Positions 51,211 to 64,000 of a stretch of 64,000 nt of DNA are shown piece after piece; within the stretch, counting starts at the first letter, position 1, and each line of letters opens with the position of its first letter. This DNA comes from Octopus vulgaris (lineage: Eukaryota): assembly GCA_951406725.2 (NCBI GenBank), contig OX597818.1, forward strand, positions 70,804,001 to 70,868,000, read 5' to 3'. A program made the position numbers and the translations under genes. The notes beneath the pieces are model-generated. The model did no database searches, was not told the origin of the DNA, and saw nothing but the letters and a program-made list of their open reading frames with translations.

Positions 51211-51310
51211 TAAATAGATAGATAGATAGAGAGAGAGAGATAGGTTGATAGATAAATAGACAGACAGACAGACAGATAGATAGATATGTAGGTAGATAGA
51301 GAGAGAGGGG
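51100..51310. repeat. (GATA)n/(GA)n compound microsatellite
   Basis: Directly visible. Confidence 0.93.
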
Positions 51311-52419
51311 GTAAGATATGTGGGGGAGAATACTTATAAAGAAAGGGGAAGGAAGATATAGATGGAAAGTGAGTGAAAGTGTATGTGTTCCAAAAAGGAT
51401 AGAGAAAGAGAGGAGAGAGAGAGACAAGAGGAAGATAATGTTGAAAAGAAGGTTTGGAGAGATGATAGAATAGAACGGAGTGGATGGAGAGATGATTAAG
51501 AAAGAGAGAGAGATGAACTGTACTTGAAGTGAATGGAACCTAAATAAAATCTAGAATTATGGAGAAAATGGTAGACTGAAATATTATTTGAAGGATTTGA
51601 GAGTAAATTGGTTAAAAGAAGGGAAAATTGTGTTCTGGAAGAGAGAGAGAGAGAGAGAGAGAGGAAGAGGAATGGAAATAAAAGATTGTGGAAGTTAATT
51701 TCCTGTCAACTAATTAATTCTTCCCTTATTGTTCCTCTCTCATACATAGAAGCAAGTATAGAAGCTTCTAGAATCTGTGATATTACTTTGATGAAGAATG
51801 ACAGCCCAACTGGCGTTCTACCTCACTATTTACTGTTGTTGTTGTTGGTGGTGGTGCTGCTGGTGATGATGATGATGGTTTTAATGTTCTAACTGTTATT
51901 GCTGTTCTTGTAACTGCTGTTGATGTCCCTGTTTTGTACAGCATATCCATCATCATTATAATCATCATCAAGAATGCACGAAGGCCTTTACATGATCATT
52001 TGACTTACTAAAAATAGCAGCCAAATAATACCTACAATTCATTATACCCTGCTTTCTAGGGAAGTGACAAACACATTGAGTCCTACATGCAGAAGAAAAG
52101 CACAGGGTAGTCATGGCTGGAAATACTGTTGACTATAGATTTCCTTATTTAGGACTGACCTACATCAATATCATCATCATCATCATCATCGTATCCAGTG
52201 TGATACCCAGAAGAGATGAGATGAGATTGAATTTGAGGATGATGGGTTTCACAAGTTAGTTGACATAAGGTTGGTAGCAGTATGCTGTGCTGTTGGACCT
52301 ATCAAACCCACACAGGTTTAATATGTACAGAAGCTGATGAGGATGAAGGCCAGCATTGACAAAAGAGAGTCAGAAATAACAACAGCAACAACAATAATAT
52401 TAGGTTATGATTTAAGCAG

Positions 52420-52585
52420 GTCAGAAATCAGGGAGGGGAGCTTAGTCAAATACACTGACCTCAGTACCTCACTGGGTCTTTATTTTACTGACCCCTGGGG
52501 GATTAAAGGCAAAGTTAACCCCAGTGAGATTTGAATTTAGGACATAATTACCCAGGAGAAATGCTGCAAAGCATTTATCTGACCA
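52420..52585 (-). mobile_element. SINE family C (diverged)
   Basis: TATTTTACTGACCCC...AAAGGCAAAGTTAACC...GATTTGAATT...AAGCATTT. Confidence 0.65.
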
Positions 52586-54689
52586 CAATAATAGTAACAA
52601 CAGCAAAGATTGATGTATGTGGTTGCTTAACCTACCAGAAATAGCACCCAAATCTCCCTCATATCACATTCTATATTTTAAGAAAGGTATTGAATAGGGT
52701 ATACCTCGGTGCTAAACTCTCTTGAAAGGAAGAGGCTTTGGTCAATCAAGGCTGGCCTGGAATCTGTGTTCCAACAACAACAATGACAACAGCATAATCA
52801 AATTTAGTGAGACCCTTGGTCTATAATAACTTTGATGGCTATAGACAACCCTAAGTGATTAGGGAATTTAACAATAATAAGATTTTTGGTTAGACCCCAC
52901 ACAGCAGCTGTTTGTTACCTCACCCCAATTCTTGTGAATGAAATAGGGTCAACAGAAACTAGGTGAAAGCTTGTCACATATATTGTAAAGGTATGAGTGG
53001 TTGTGGAGTACTCGGCCAGCTGCACTAAAGCATGATGGGAAAGCCATTTGGGCTGATCAAGTGACTGCAATACTTAGAATCCAAGAGAGATTTACTTTCA
53101 TTTCCTTGTAGTTAATTATTGTTGATAGAAGTGACTCCTGTTAAAGATGAAGCTGTTCTGAAAAAAAACCTATCAAACCCAAACTGGTTTAAAAGAATGA
53201 GAAGGAAAGAAATAAAAACACTTCTTTTATCAAACCATGGATGAATGAGAAAGTCATTCCAAGCAGGATTTGAACACAGAACAAAGATGCTTCAAAACTT
53301 AATACTGTAAGGATGATAGTGTTTCTGAGTTTTTGAATTTCTGAACAATTCTGTTTGTCTACACCAACCAATGTATATTCTTAGACATTTATGCATTGAT
53401 TCTTTTATTCCTACTTTGGCTTGTTTTTACTGATGAGTTCATAATAATGCAGAAACATGGCAGTAGTTGCCTCCTTTATTTGCAGAACTAATTAACATAA
53501 TATTGATTTCTGCCATTAGCAGAGAGTCACAGATTTGTAGGAAGATATGGTGGATTAAATTAAAACCAATATTTGATACTTTTTTTATTTGATTGATTCT
53601 GAATAAAAAAAAAAATGAAAGCTAGAATATTTTGCCATTGACTGATATTGTTTTATTTTTTGTTTGTTAATTTTATTACCACATCGCATAATTATTTCTT
53701 GCTAGCTTTTTTCATGTCCCCTGGTTAATAAGTTAAAAAGTAATTAATTAATTTGTTCTATCAGCCTCTCTCACTGAATAATTTCTAACTCTCATGTTCT
53801 CTGGGCCACTAAGTTTTAGAGTTGTGCAAAACAGTCAATTTAATTGATCCTAATTTTATAGCCATACTTAACAAGCTAGCAACGGTGCCTTTACATGAAT
53901 ACTTGACCCACTGGTAATAGCAGCCAAATCTCCCTCAAATCATACTTGGTCATTGCTGGAATCCTTTTGATCACATGTCTGGTTGATTTGTTCTGACTTA
54001 AGACTAAATACCACCATTACTCATCCTTTACAACCAACTTTTGGGGGGGGGAACCTCCTTGTGGTCGCTCGACATTTCAAAAAGACTAACCAAATCTCAC
54101 TCCACCATCTTAAAAAGTGGAAGGACACACTTCATATAATGCAGTCCTCTACACAACCCCTAAAATGATAGGTTAGTCATGACTGGAATGCCTTTATTCA
54201 AAGAAATAACATGAGGATTATATAAACTACAGTCTTTAATGTTTAACAGAAATGTTAATGGAGTTCTAAGACATGATGGTCATGGGAAGAACTGGAACAC
54301 AGATCTAATTGATCGATGTTGACCTAACCCTAAATAACAACTATCACTCCACCACTACCACCACTACCACCATACAGCTAATGATATTGTTATTAGCAAT
54401 TAGTTATTTCCATATTCTCAATATTGTTGATATTGTTCATTATTGATGTTGTTATTGTCCTTATTTATATTCTTCTTCATCAAAACTCCAATGACTGCTT
54501 TTGTGGTGGTTGTTATTATTACTAAATTACTGTTGTTGCTGTCAATGCTTCTCTGTCTCAATCTTATACGGTTTGATTTGACTTTTTTTACTTATATTTT
54601 TATTTTCTTCATCATCATCATCATCATCATTATTATTATTATACCAATTGGTATTATAAGGACCCTGATCTTCAAGTAATCACTGAAAT

Positions 54690-56450
54690 CCCTCAATGGC
54701 CTATAATTGAAGAACTAGCAGAAGATCCTTCCTTGAAAGAGATAAGTACTGCTATCAATAAACTTTCCAATGGTAAAGCTCCTGGACAAGATAGAACTGC
54801 CATAGAGATGAAGAAGCCTGGTGGCAGACAGCTTGCAAGTAAGCTGCACGAATTGATCCGGAAAACTGGATCTGTTCCCCAGCAGTTCAAAGATGCATCT
54901 ACAATGCACAGTATGAAAGCAAGGAAAAGAAGAGTGCATGGGATAATCTCAGGGGAATAAGTTTGTCATGCACAGCTGGAAAAATTCTTTCAGGGGTGAT
55001 CCATAACCTCATCAGTAAACATGTAATAAACAGCATGTATCCTGAATCGCAATGTAAATTTCAGGCTCGGAGAGGCACAGCAGACATGATATTTGACAAG
55101 TTGAAAGGAAAGCACATGAACAAAACACTGACTTGTCCATGGTCTTTGTTGACTTGACCAAAGCCTTTGATACATGAGGAGCTCTGGAAAATTGTGTCAA
55201 AAGCTGAACTTCCAGATAAAAGGACAAGTATCCCTGCATAAAGAATGATGGCAACAGTGATGTCTAGTAACCAATGTTCAGAGGCATTTTCTGTTGCCAC
55301 TGGAACCAAACTAGGACATGTCTTAGCCCTTGTACTTTTTTCCATATTTTGTTCACTGATGCTCCAACGTGCTTTCAGGGATTAACATGAAGGCATAAAA
55401 TTCCAGTTCCGCACAGAAAGAGATCTTTTAAACCTGAAAGAGCAAAGTTTCAAATCAAAGAAAAAAACCAAGGAAGAGATCCTGCATGACTTTCTGTGCT
55501 CTGATTTCTCACATATTTGAGGGAATTCAGGAAATGGTCAACAGCTTTGCTGTGGCAGCTTGTGCATTTGAACTGACAGCATCAAGAAAACTGAAGTTCT
55601 ATTCCAACCAAGGCCTGGGGCAGGACATACTCAAGACTCAGATGCAATGATAAACAACATGCCACTCAAATGGGTCAGGTCATTTAATATCTTGGAAGTA
55701 CTGTGAACTTGAAGAGTACACTTGATGACAAAAATCAATGTTAGAATATCTAAGGCTACAAGTATTTTTGGAAGACTTGGCCATCATTTGTAGGATGGAA
55801 ATGATGTCAGTCTGAAAACTAAAATACGTGTATACAAATCTTATATTTTGAGTACACTTTTTTCTGGGGCAGAAGCATGGAATCCCTACTACAGATATAT
55901 AAAGAAACTTGAAACCTTCCACATGTGCTGTTTGCACAACATATGCAACTTAAAATGGCAAGATGAAATATCCAATGTAAAAATCTTAGAAAAATGGGAT
56001 ATCTCCAGCATCCAAAACATGCTGACAGGAATTCAGTGCAGATGGGTAGGGCATGTTGTTTGAATGACAAATGACTGCATTCCAAAAATTCTTTTATGTG
56101 GCCAACAAGTGGAGGGATATTGTGGCAAAGGAAGTCCTCTTCTTTGGTATAAGGATAAATTGAAGCAATCCCTAAAATCTCTGCAGCTTAACCTGACATC
56201 TGGGGAGAGTCATTGCTGAGATTGATCTGCATGGCGTAAAATGTGTCACGATGCATCCAAACAATTTGAGTTGAAGAAAAAGAACAATAGAAGAAGTATA
56301 TCCTGCAACCAACAGACACATTTAGCCAATCTCAGGCAAACGCCTCAACATCCTCATTGTGACTTCATAGCAAATCCATCCCTTGATCCAAATTACATTC
56401 ACGCATCCATCACAAACAGATGCAGCTTCTTAGTGTTCCTTTTTTATTCT
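54690..56450 (+). mobile_element. Old, heavily decayed RTE (BovB-like) LINE
   Basis: PSLKEISTAINKLSNGKAPGQD; AGKILS...YPESQCKFQARRGTADMIF; FVDLTKAFDT; TKIRVYK..ILSTLFSGAEAW...KKLETFHMCCL..I..LKWQD...QCRWVGHVV. Many stops and frameshifts. Confidence 0.88.
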
Positions 56451-56582
56451 TTTAAAAGTTGTTTTCCTTTTTTCCCTTTTTCTTCATCCTCTTCTTTAAC
56501 TTGAATTCCTCTCTTTCAAACACTCATACATCAAAATTGATGCGAGTGACCATCATTTTTATTATTAACATCTTCACTATTT

Positions 56583-56942
56583 CATCATCATCATCGTTTA
56601 ACGTCTGTTTTCCATGCTAGCATGGGTTGGACAGTTTGACTGGGGTCTGGGAAGCCAGGAGGCTGCACCAGGCTCCAGTCTGATCTGGCAGTGTTTCTAC
56701 AGCTGGATACCCTTCCTAACGCCAACCACTCCAAGAGCGTAGTAGGTGCTTTTTACGTGCCACTGGCACAGTGGCCAGAGGAGGCTGGCCACAACCATGA
56801 TCAGTTGGTGCTTTTTATGTGCCACCAGCATGGAAGCCAGTCAAGGTGGCGCTGGCATCGGCCACATTCAGAAGGTGCTTTTTATGTGCCACCTGCACGG
56901 GGATCACAACTACAATTTCCATTTGATGTTGATGTACTTGAC
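56583..56942 (-). mobile_element. RTE 3'UTR copy with three hairpin repeats
   Basis: Colinear with 29999-30370. Confidence 0.88.
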
Positions 56943-57035
56943 TTGTATGGATGATGTACTTGTTTAAGATTTTCCTTTTATATAATGAAGGTGGGTTTAT
57001 GCAATATAAAACCAACAAGGAAAAATACAGTTGTC

Positions 57036-57322
57036 ACTAATAGTGACCGACGGTGCAGGGTAGTACCTACATTGCTAGAAATAAGAGCTAAAGAGCCCTT
57101 ACAGCTGCGGTAAGCACATTTTATATGATGGAGTAGTCACTACTGATGAGTTTGTAATTTTCAAACAAAACTATGGTATAGGGATCTTGCTTGCTGGTGG
57201 AGGGGGTTATCTCCCCACCCCCGTCAGTATATGAAAATGTGCTTACTGTGACGGTCAGTGTCTTTTAGCTCTTATTTCTAGCAATGTAGGTGCTACCCTG
57301 CACCCCTCATTCACAACTAGTA
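57036..57322. mobile_element. MITE-like element with ~80-90 bp inverted repeats
   Basis: GGTGCAGGGTAGTACCTACATTGCTAGAAATAAGAGCTAAAAGA pairs with TCTTTTAGCTCTTATTTCTAGCAATGTAGGTGCTACCCTGCACC; GTAAGCACATTTT pairs with AAAATGTGCTTAC. Confidence 0.75.
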
Positions 57323-57325
57323 TGC

Positions 57326-57368
<43 letters not shown>

Positions 57369-57609
57369 TATTTGTGATTGTTATTATTGTGCATGCTATC
57401 TCATGTCAGGAAAAATAACAAAAATTAATAGATCCACAAACACCCCACTTAGTCACCCACCACCTCCTTTTCAGGCAATATAATAATGAAAACAAACATG
57501 TACATATACACATAATTAATAATAATAATAATAATAACAACAACAACAAATGCAAGAGAAAGACAAAGAAATTGCTCAGCCAAGTGTTTTAGAAGCTTTG
57601 TTAGCTTTA

Positions 57610-57870
57610 AATAATAATATCAATAATAATAATAATAACAATAATAATAATAATATCAATAATAATAATAATAACAATAATAATAATAATATCAATAATA
57701 ATAATAATAACAATAATAATAATAATATCAATAGTAATAATAATAACAATAATAATAATAATATCAATAATAATAATAATAACAATAATAATAATAATAT
57801 CAATAATAATAATAATAACAATAATAATAATAATATCAATAATAATAATAATAACAATAATAATAATAAT
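57610..57870. repeat. 36-bp higher-order repeat (AAT)5AAC(AAT)5ATC, about 7 copies
   Basis: ATC and AAC variants recur every 12 triplets. Confidence 0.92.
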
Positions 57871-58842
57871 GATGTTGATAATAGTAAACAAATGAGAAAA
57901 TTTAATTAAAAATGCAAAAATCCTTCCAAATGAATACTTTCATTGAAGTCAGAGAATCTGCAACTGAAATAATCAAGCATTCTATTCTATTGATATGGTT
58001 CTTGTCTGGTAGAAATTTTATATAATAGCAATAATAATAATGATAATAATAATGATAAAGTTCTTTATTTGCCACAAGGGTAATGGGAGTGGGTAAGGAG
58101 GACAAGATGAAATAAATAAGAAAACAATAACAATGACATCATGAAAAAAGAAGGACTGGTTTGCCAGAGGTGTGCCCATCTGGAGGGGACATGGAGTTCA
58201 GTTCAAAGAGGGACATGGAAGGCAGGAGAAGTCTTATATTCAGGGTCGCAGAGTGATAATGTTTCCACAGGATAAATCATTCACTTCAAAGCACCATCTC
58301 CAACAGGATATTGAAGTAGTAATAATGGTTACAGCAGCAGCAGTGGCAGCAGCAGCAGTAGCAGTAGCAGCAGTAGCAGTAGAAGTAGTAGCAGTAGTTT
58401 TTTTCTTTATAAGCCACAAGAGATTAATCTTGCAGTACAGAATATGACAGAGTCTGTACACACACACACACACACCTCACACACCACACACACCTCACAC
58501 ACCACACACACACACACATACAGAGAAAGACACACACACACACATACACATGCACACACACCACACACACCATACACACAAAAAAACACCCACCCACACA
58601 CACATACACACACACACACACATACACACACAACATGCACACACAGAAACACATGCGCCCGCACTTGCACACACACACACACACACTCACAACACAAATC
58701 CAGCCTGGCAACAAAGGGCTGAAAAGCTGGCAAAAGACCCCACAACCCTTCGTCTTCTGCACACTGAACTCTCCCAACTTTCCAGACAGTGTCTTCAGTT
58801 TTCATCTTAAACATAAAGTCTCTAATATTTTCTAGACTGGGA

Positions 58843-59993
58843 TCCCTTATTATAACAGGCGTTATGTCTGTCTGTCTGTACCTCTTCCACAATCAAACGG
58901 CTGGACCAATGGTCACGATGCTTTACGGCATTACGAAGGAGGTAATCAGGCAGGTTTTTAGTGAAAAAAATGTGAAAATGTATGATTATTTCGTGGATAT
59001 TGAGGGCGTAAAAAAAAGTAAATAAAAAATAAGCTACAAAAACGCATCATGGCCAGGAGCTGTCATCAGCTCAACCGATGAAACGGCAAACATGATTAGC
59101 AGCTTCCCTGGGGAAAGTCGAGAGTTCGGATACAATAGAGGATGAAAACTACCACCAGTACCCACAGGATTCTTGAACAACTTAAATCCATTGGGATTGC
59201 CAATCCATAAAACCAAATTAGAAAAGGTCTGATAATGCACCTTAGGAATTTTGATCCAGCCAATGGCCACTGCAACAGAACAAAATAACTAAATTCCAAT
59301 GTTATCGATTGCGAGTGGCTCACACAATGTAAATCCTTGCTCATTCTGTGGATACCCCTTATGCCAAACGATCACCAGTTTCCGTTCCATTAAGACACAG
59401 ACAGTTTCCTATAAAACTGGCATTCTCATTCACAGCAAACAAGGCACAGGGCCAGACTTTAGATCACGTGGCTGTATTCCAATGCCCATTCCAATGTTTA
59501 CACACAGCCAATTATACATCAAGCGTCAACCAAACAGAAAATATTATCATATTGATATTATCAAAAGGAATAGGATTCATAATTTAATAAGGAAATTTGT
59601 GAATTTTGAATGTATGAGAGTACAAACAAGCATGAAATAATGTAAACAACTAAAATAAAAGTATATCTAAATAACATTATTCTCTTAATACTTTTCATGT
59701 AGTGGTCGAAGGAAGCTCTGACTTTCGTTACCAGTGGTCCACATAACCATTCATGATACGAAGGCTGAGAGCCTATTTCAGTTCAGGAGTGAATCATCAT
59801 CATACGTCACTTAGTCGCAAACACGCGTCATATAGCTGCAACAGAATGCTGTATCACCAACAATAATGGGATTTCTCTAAGACATCAACCAGTAATCCTA
59901 TCAAAGTCCATTTACACATTTCTCAATGCAGACTGCTCTTATGACCTCCTTCCCTTATTTTATGCCTTCATCATAGATGGGTAAATTTGCTAG
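58843..59993 (+). mobile_element. Internally deleted Helitron with both termini
   Basis: A|TCCCTTATTATAA 5' end with subterminal (GTCT)n. Pif1-helicase remnants (FLNNLNPLGLP, LRNFDPANGHCN, RQFPIKLAFSFTANKAQGQTLDHV). 3' end CATC-ATA-GATGGGTAAATTTGCTAG|T. Confidence 0.85.
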
Positions 59994-60897
59994 TATTGAT
60001 AACCAAAGCAATCTATCTTCTGGGAACCCCACCCCGTTATCCCACCATCTTCTCTTCAATTGCTGCATATTTAGTTTATTTTAGGAGTTTATCTATATAG
60101 ATTAAGGTTGTCTCTTTGGATTACTATAAAATCCAGGATCTCCAAGTGGTAAATACCTCTTTATAAGGGACTCCTAACCTTTTACACAGTTTTAGTTTAA
60201 CATTTCTATATACTCTGCTCCTGTCAAAGAACGATATGTGCAGCCACATTAGCCATGGTTCCTCAAATTCCTCTTTTGAGAACATTTGGAAAACCCTTCT
60301 TCACTTCTTGAAAAACAAAGATATTTCCCTGTCCTTTTTCTTGAGTAAATTCTTCAGGTAGAGAGGCACTGTCCTTTGAGGCACCCCTCTTCCATTCAGT
60401 ACTCATCTCTGTCTCACAACAAAACCAGAGTGGTTGGTCATAATGTTTTGTTTTATCCTTCTTTCTGTACATTGAGTCTCCCTCAAAGGTTGAACAGCAA
60501 ACTGTGGGTCTCTGGCCTGGTTGAGGTCTTTAGTTGATGATTTTCCTGAGATGCTAGAAAAACTTACATCCTGGTAATTTTTTTTAAATTTCAGAGAAAA
60601 CATTGTTCAAATTATGGAACTTAACTAATGGGAGGCAGTTATATAAATATTGACCTTTAAATGCCAAATTGTTGCTGTACAGGTTCTTGATGGAAGACTT
60701 TGGAGAAATTGGTTTCATGATCAAATGGCAACATCCATTTTACTTGTCCATTCTCTTTTGTTTGACATAGTTTGGTGCAAGACTTTCATGAAACTTCTCC
60801 ATTTAAATGATGTTGAAGCATTCCTGTGTACAGATGCTGAAATATGTGTGCATGTATGTATTTCTATGAGTGTATAAATAATTTTGTGTGCGTACAG

Positions 60898-60926
60898 GTA
60901 TGTTTACATGATTGTCTGCAAGCTAT
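60898..60926 (+). other. Candidate recursive splice site (CAG|GTATGT) with 29-nt cryptic exon
   Basis: attttgtgtgcgtaCAG|GTATGT (weak pyrimidine tract), followed by the donor TAT|GTAAGT at 60926/60927. Confidence 0.25.
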
Positions 60927-61077
60927 GTAAGTAACTGTGTTGCAGGAAGCTTGAGTTACTGGATGTGATGTAAGAAGATAAGGTCGGGGTGAGAGGTAGT
61001 ACAAACAATATTCATAGTTGTGGATGCTTACACATGTGCTACGGACAGAATCAGCAAAGCAACAGATTGAAAAAAAA

Positions 61078-61350
61078 AGTGGTGATTGTTACAATCATTA
61101 GAATACCTAACAAAATACTTTGCAGAGTTTGTCACAGCCTTTTATATTCTAAGTTCAAATCCAGTGACAGGTATTTTTACCTTTCATCACTCTACGGTTG
61201 ATAAAATCAAATACCAGTCAAGTTGATTGCCTCTGCACCTCAAATTTCAGGCCCTGTATTAGAAAAGATAATCGACTTAGCCACTTCCATGAAATTGCTG
61301 GTTTTGTGCCAAAATTTTGAATCCATTATTATTATTATTATTATTATTAT
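61078..61350 (+). mobile_element. SINE family C (diverged) with (ATT)n tail
   Basis: AATCATTAG...TTCTAAGTTCAAATCC...CCTTTCATC...GATAAAAT...ACCAGTC...TTGTGCCAAAATTTTGAA. Confidence 0.7.
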
Positions 61351-62499
61351 TAGATATTGATCTAAAACTATTTTTAGTCTTTTACTTTTTCTGAAACACT
61401 TTCTTTCCTTTCTTTTTGAATTATTTCTCTAACTATATTCCATTAGAGCTATTATTCTATTTATTTATGTTTTCAGTGGAATGAGTGATTGTGTGTATGT
61501 GTCTGTGTGTGTGTCTGCATGTGTGTGTGTGTGTGTCTGCGTGCATGTGTGTGTTTGTTTCTTATCTAAATATAGTTTAAAGGCTGCTAGACTTTTCACA
61601 ACATAAGGAATTGCAATATTATTTTTTCTTCCCCTCTTTATTTTGCAATGAAATCCATTTCTATGTTTTGGGTTATCAAAATAGATTGTTCAGATTATCC
61701 TTGCTTTGAATTGTGAGTCTTCACTGAATGCCAGCAGAGTGAGGACAGTTTAAGACACATTTGGTTCAAGCCAAAATGTGAAGAAAAGGATAACTTTGTG
61801 TGTGGGGGGGGGTGCATATTCAATTTATCATTGTTGTATTCCTGCAAATGTATTGAAGACTACTACAATTTTGTCACATGTATATATATCATGGACTGTG
61901 AGCTTTTTTTTTTTTCCTCATGTCACATGCACTGTTGAGGTCACCATGCAGCTTGCAAGACTTACAAACCATAGTGAGGAAAGGTCAGCTTCATGCAAGT
62001 GGACAAGGGGATTGAACTATGAGAAGAGGCAGGCAGCGCAGGTTCTTGAAAAGGATCGGAGTGGCTACTCACAGATGAAAGGAACTGTAGAAGTAGAGAC
62101 AGATGATGGCAATGTTGTGCCTAGATGGCTCCACAAGGCCCAAAGTGAGTGGAAGAATTGGTTTGCAAGGTTATATGGGCTGGAACATTAGGGAATGAGG
62201 AGGCAGTCTGCTAAAATGGGTAGAGTTGAAGGGCGGATGAAGAAGGAGGCAATTGTTGATGGGGAGACAGAGGGATGCAGAAGAGAGTGGGGAGAGCAGC
62301 AGAAGTAAAGATAATACAGCTGTCAGTAGGGTGGTGGGGCATGAGAAGAATGACTTAGTTGGGTGGGCTGCGGGGGAGAGGTAGACTTAATGCATGAGTA
62401 AAGCAGGAATAGTCACTCTAACATGGGCTAAGAGCACAGTACAAAGCACTTCCAGAACTGAGTTTCAATGATGAGGGCAGGTATTTCCAAGAACCTCAG

Positions 62500-62662
62500 A
62501 TCAGCAGAGATTCTGGTCTTTTGTCATCTCATAAATTAGGCTCAGGGTTCTAAGGTCAGCTTTAGCCATTTCATCCTATGTTTTTCTAGGCTTCTCTCTT
62601 CTGCAAGTTCAGCCACATAAAGCATTCACCACTTCTTTACACAGCTGTCCATATTCATTTGC
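62500..62662 (-). mobile_element. Degenerate RTE C-terminal fragment
   Basis: Aligns by eye with 30510-30665 (GGTCTTTTGTCAT...AAGGTCA...ATGT.TT.CT.GG...TT.TT.ACACA). Confidence 0.6.
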
Positions 62663-62694
62663 AAACTTTGCTTGCTTAATTTCTTTCAGTCTTA

Positions 62695-62945
62695 TGACCT
62701 TATGTTTGGCAAAAGGACTCTGCACCATGCCACACAAGCAAGATGACTCAGTCATGGCTGTCAGACGATTTCTGAAACCACCACCCCACTAATATCTGGC
62801 CCCCTAACTCCCCAGACTGCAACCTCCTCAATTATTATGTGTAGGGTGCAGTTTGAGCAAGAGACCAACAAAACTCTTTGTAACAACAAAACTCTTTGTA
62901 ACACCAAAGATGAACTGAAGGCAAGGATTATGGCAGCATTCACTT
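62695..62945 (+). mobile_element. DD37D (maT) transposase fragment, same family as 33150-33635
   Basis: PYVWQKDSAPCHTSKMTQSWLSD...IWPPNSPDCNLLNYYV*GAV. Combining both copies gives 37 residues between the last two catalytic Asp. Confidence 0.82.
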
Positions 62946-63131
62946 ATATTATTAAATGTTTCAGTAAATCAGACCTATTGGCAAGAATAGTATGTTGTTG
63001 GCTTCAAGTCTGATGAATGAATTAATGTCGTATTAACAATATTTCGTGATTATACTTGGCAATAGAGCAGAGCAGCTATACATGTTACCTAATACAGTCA
63101 ATAACAGATGAATATAAACACTTTATCTCTC

Positions 63132-63175
<44 letters not shown>

Positions 63176-63731
63176 GCTATCTACATTGTACACAGGTGCA
63201 AAGTTCACTTTATAATCACGAGTAACTTTGTTTAATCCCAACGCATGGCATCTCAAGCAAATGTCTTCTACCACTACTTTGAGTTGACCAAAGTTTGGAG
63301 AGTGAAGCTAATGGAAAGCCTATGGAGTAGTGATTCCCAAAGTGGGGCAGTACTTCCCCACCCCCAGGAAGTAGAGGAAAGATCCAGGTGGGTATTGAAG
63401 AAAGGTGGAGTGATAATAGGGTGGACAAAAGGGGATGATGGACATAAAAACAACAAAATAATGAGTTAATTAGGCTGTTTTATGTTTTATTTGCAGCAGA
63501 GAATGGTTTATGTTTGTGGTTGTGAGTGAGGGTGGGAGGGCACTAGGAATGTAGCCTAAGAGCCAAGGGGGCAGCAACCCACGGAAATTTGGAAACAGAC
63601 TAAACTATAGAGTAAACTATACTGAGGGTCAGCTCTCTGAGACAGTGTCACACTGATTGTGTCTGTGGAATACTCAGCCACATACATTTTAATTCAAAAA
63701 TTAGTTATGTTTTTAAATAATTAGAATTCTT

Positions 63732-64000
63732 TAGTGGTTCTCAACCAGGGTCCATATAAGATTTTGGGGGGGTCTGAGCAACAAAATAGTAAAGTTGGGG
63801 GTCTACAACAGTATTTTACGGGTCCCTGGGAAAATTTTGCTTTCAATGTAATATATATATTGGTATGTATTGCAAGAAAACAACTATGTTTCTTTCTCAA
63901 ACAATTTACAAAGTTCAACCTACGACAAGGGAATGTGTGAAAAACGAAATAGGAATTCTGGAAGAAGTTTCTATAAAACTAGTTTTTTAAGCATTGAATG
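63732..64000 (+). mobile_element. hAT (Charlie-like) non-autonomous element, left end
   Basis: Starts TAGTGGTTCTCAACCAGGGTCC with repeated GGG(G)TC(C/T) motifs. The other end was not found in the window. Confidence 0.5.

Noticed and set aside
57550-57909. Poly-Asn protein ORF
   Set aside because: Fully explained by the 36-bp AAT higher-order repeat.

Overview
AT-rich, microsatellite-dense eukaryotic DNA with no confidently identifiable host protein-coding gene. It looks like intronic or intergenic sequence. The SINE/LINE repertoire resembles what I recall from octopus (cephalopod) genomes, which is an inference. Almost all ORFs in the track are microsatellite translations or transposon remnants. 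Supported mobile elements are CR1, RTE and Dong/R4 LINE fragments, Penelope-like (PLE) fragments with hammerhead-ribozyme remnants, several tRNA-derived SINE families, mariner and DD37D (maT) transposase remnants, a Helitron with both ends, and MITEs. Four observations stand out. (1) Three plus-strand CAG|GTATGT junctions (2316, 50389, 60897) look like recursive-splicing ratchet points, and two have a short downstream cryptic exon. (2) A head-to-head palindromic tRNA-SINE has a tail carrying a minimal hammerhead ribozyme, alongside several fold-back PLE-like elements. (3) A (TATG)n-associated RTE family has three C-terminal C2H2 fingers and a bipartite non-autonomous partner. (4) An RTE 3'UTR contains a variable-number hairpin repeat array. 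Repeat boundaries were read by eye and are approximate.
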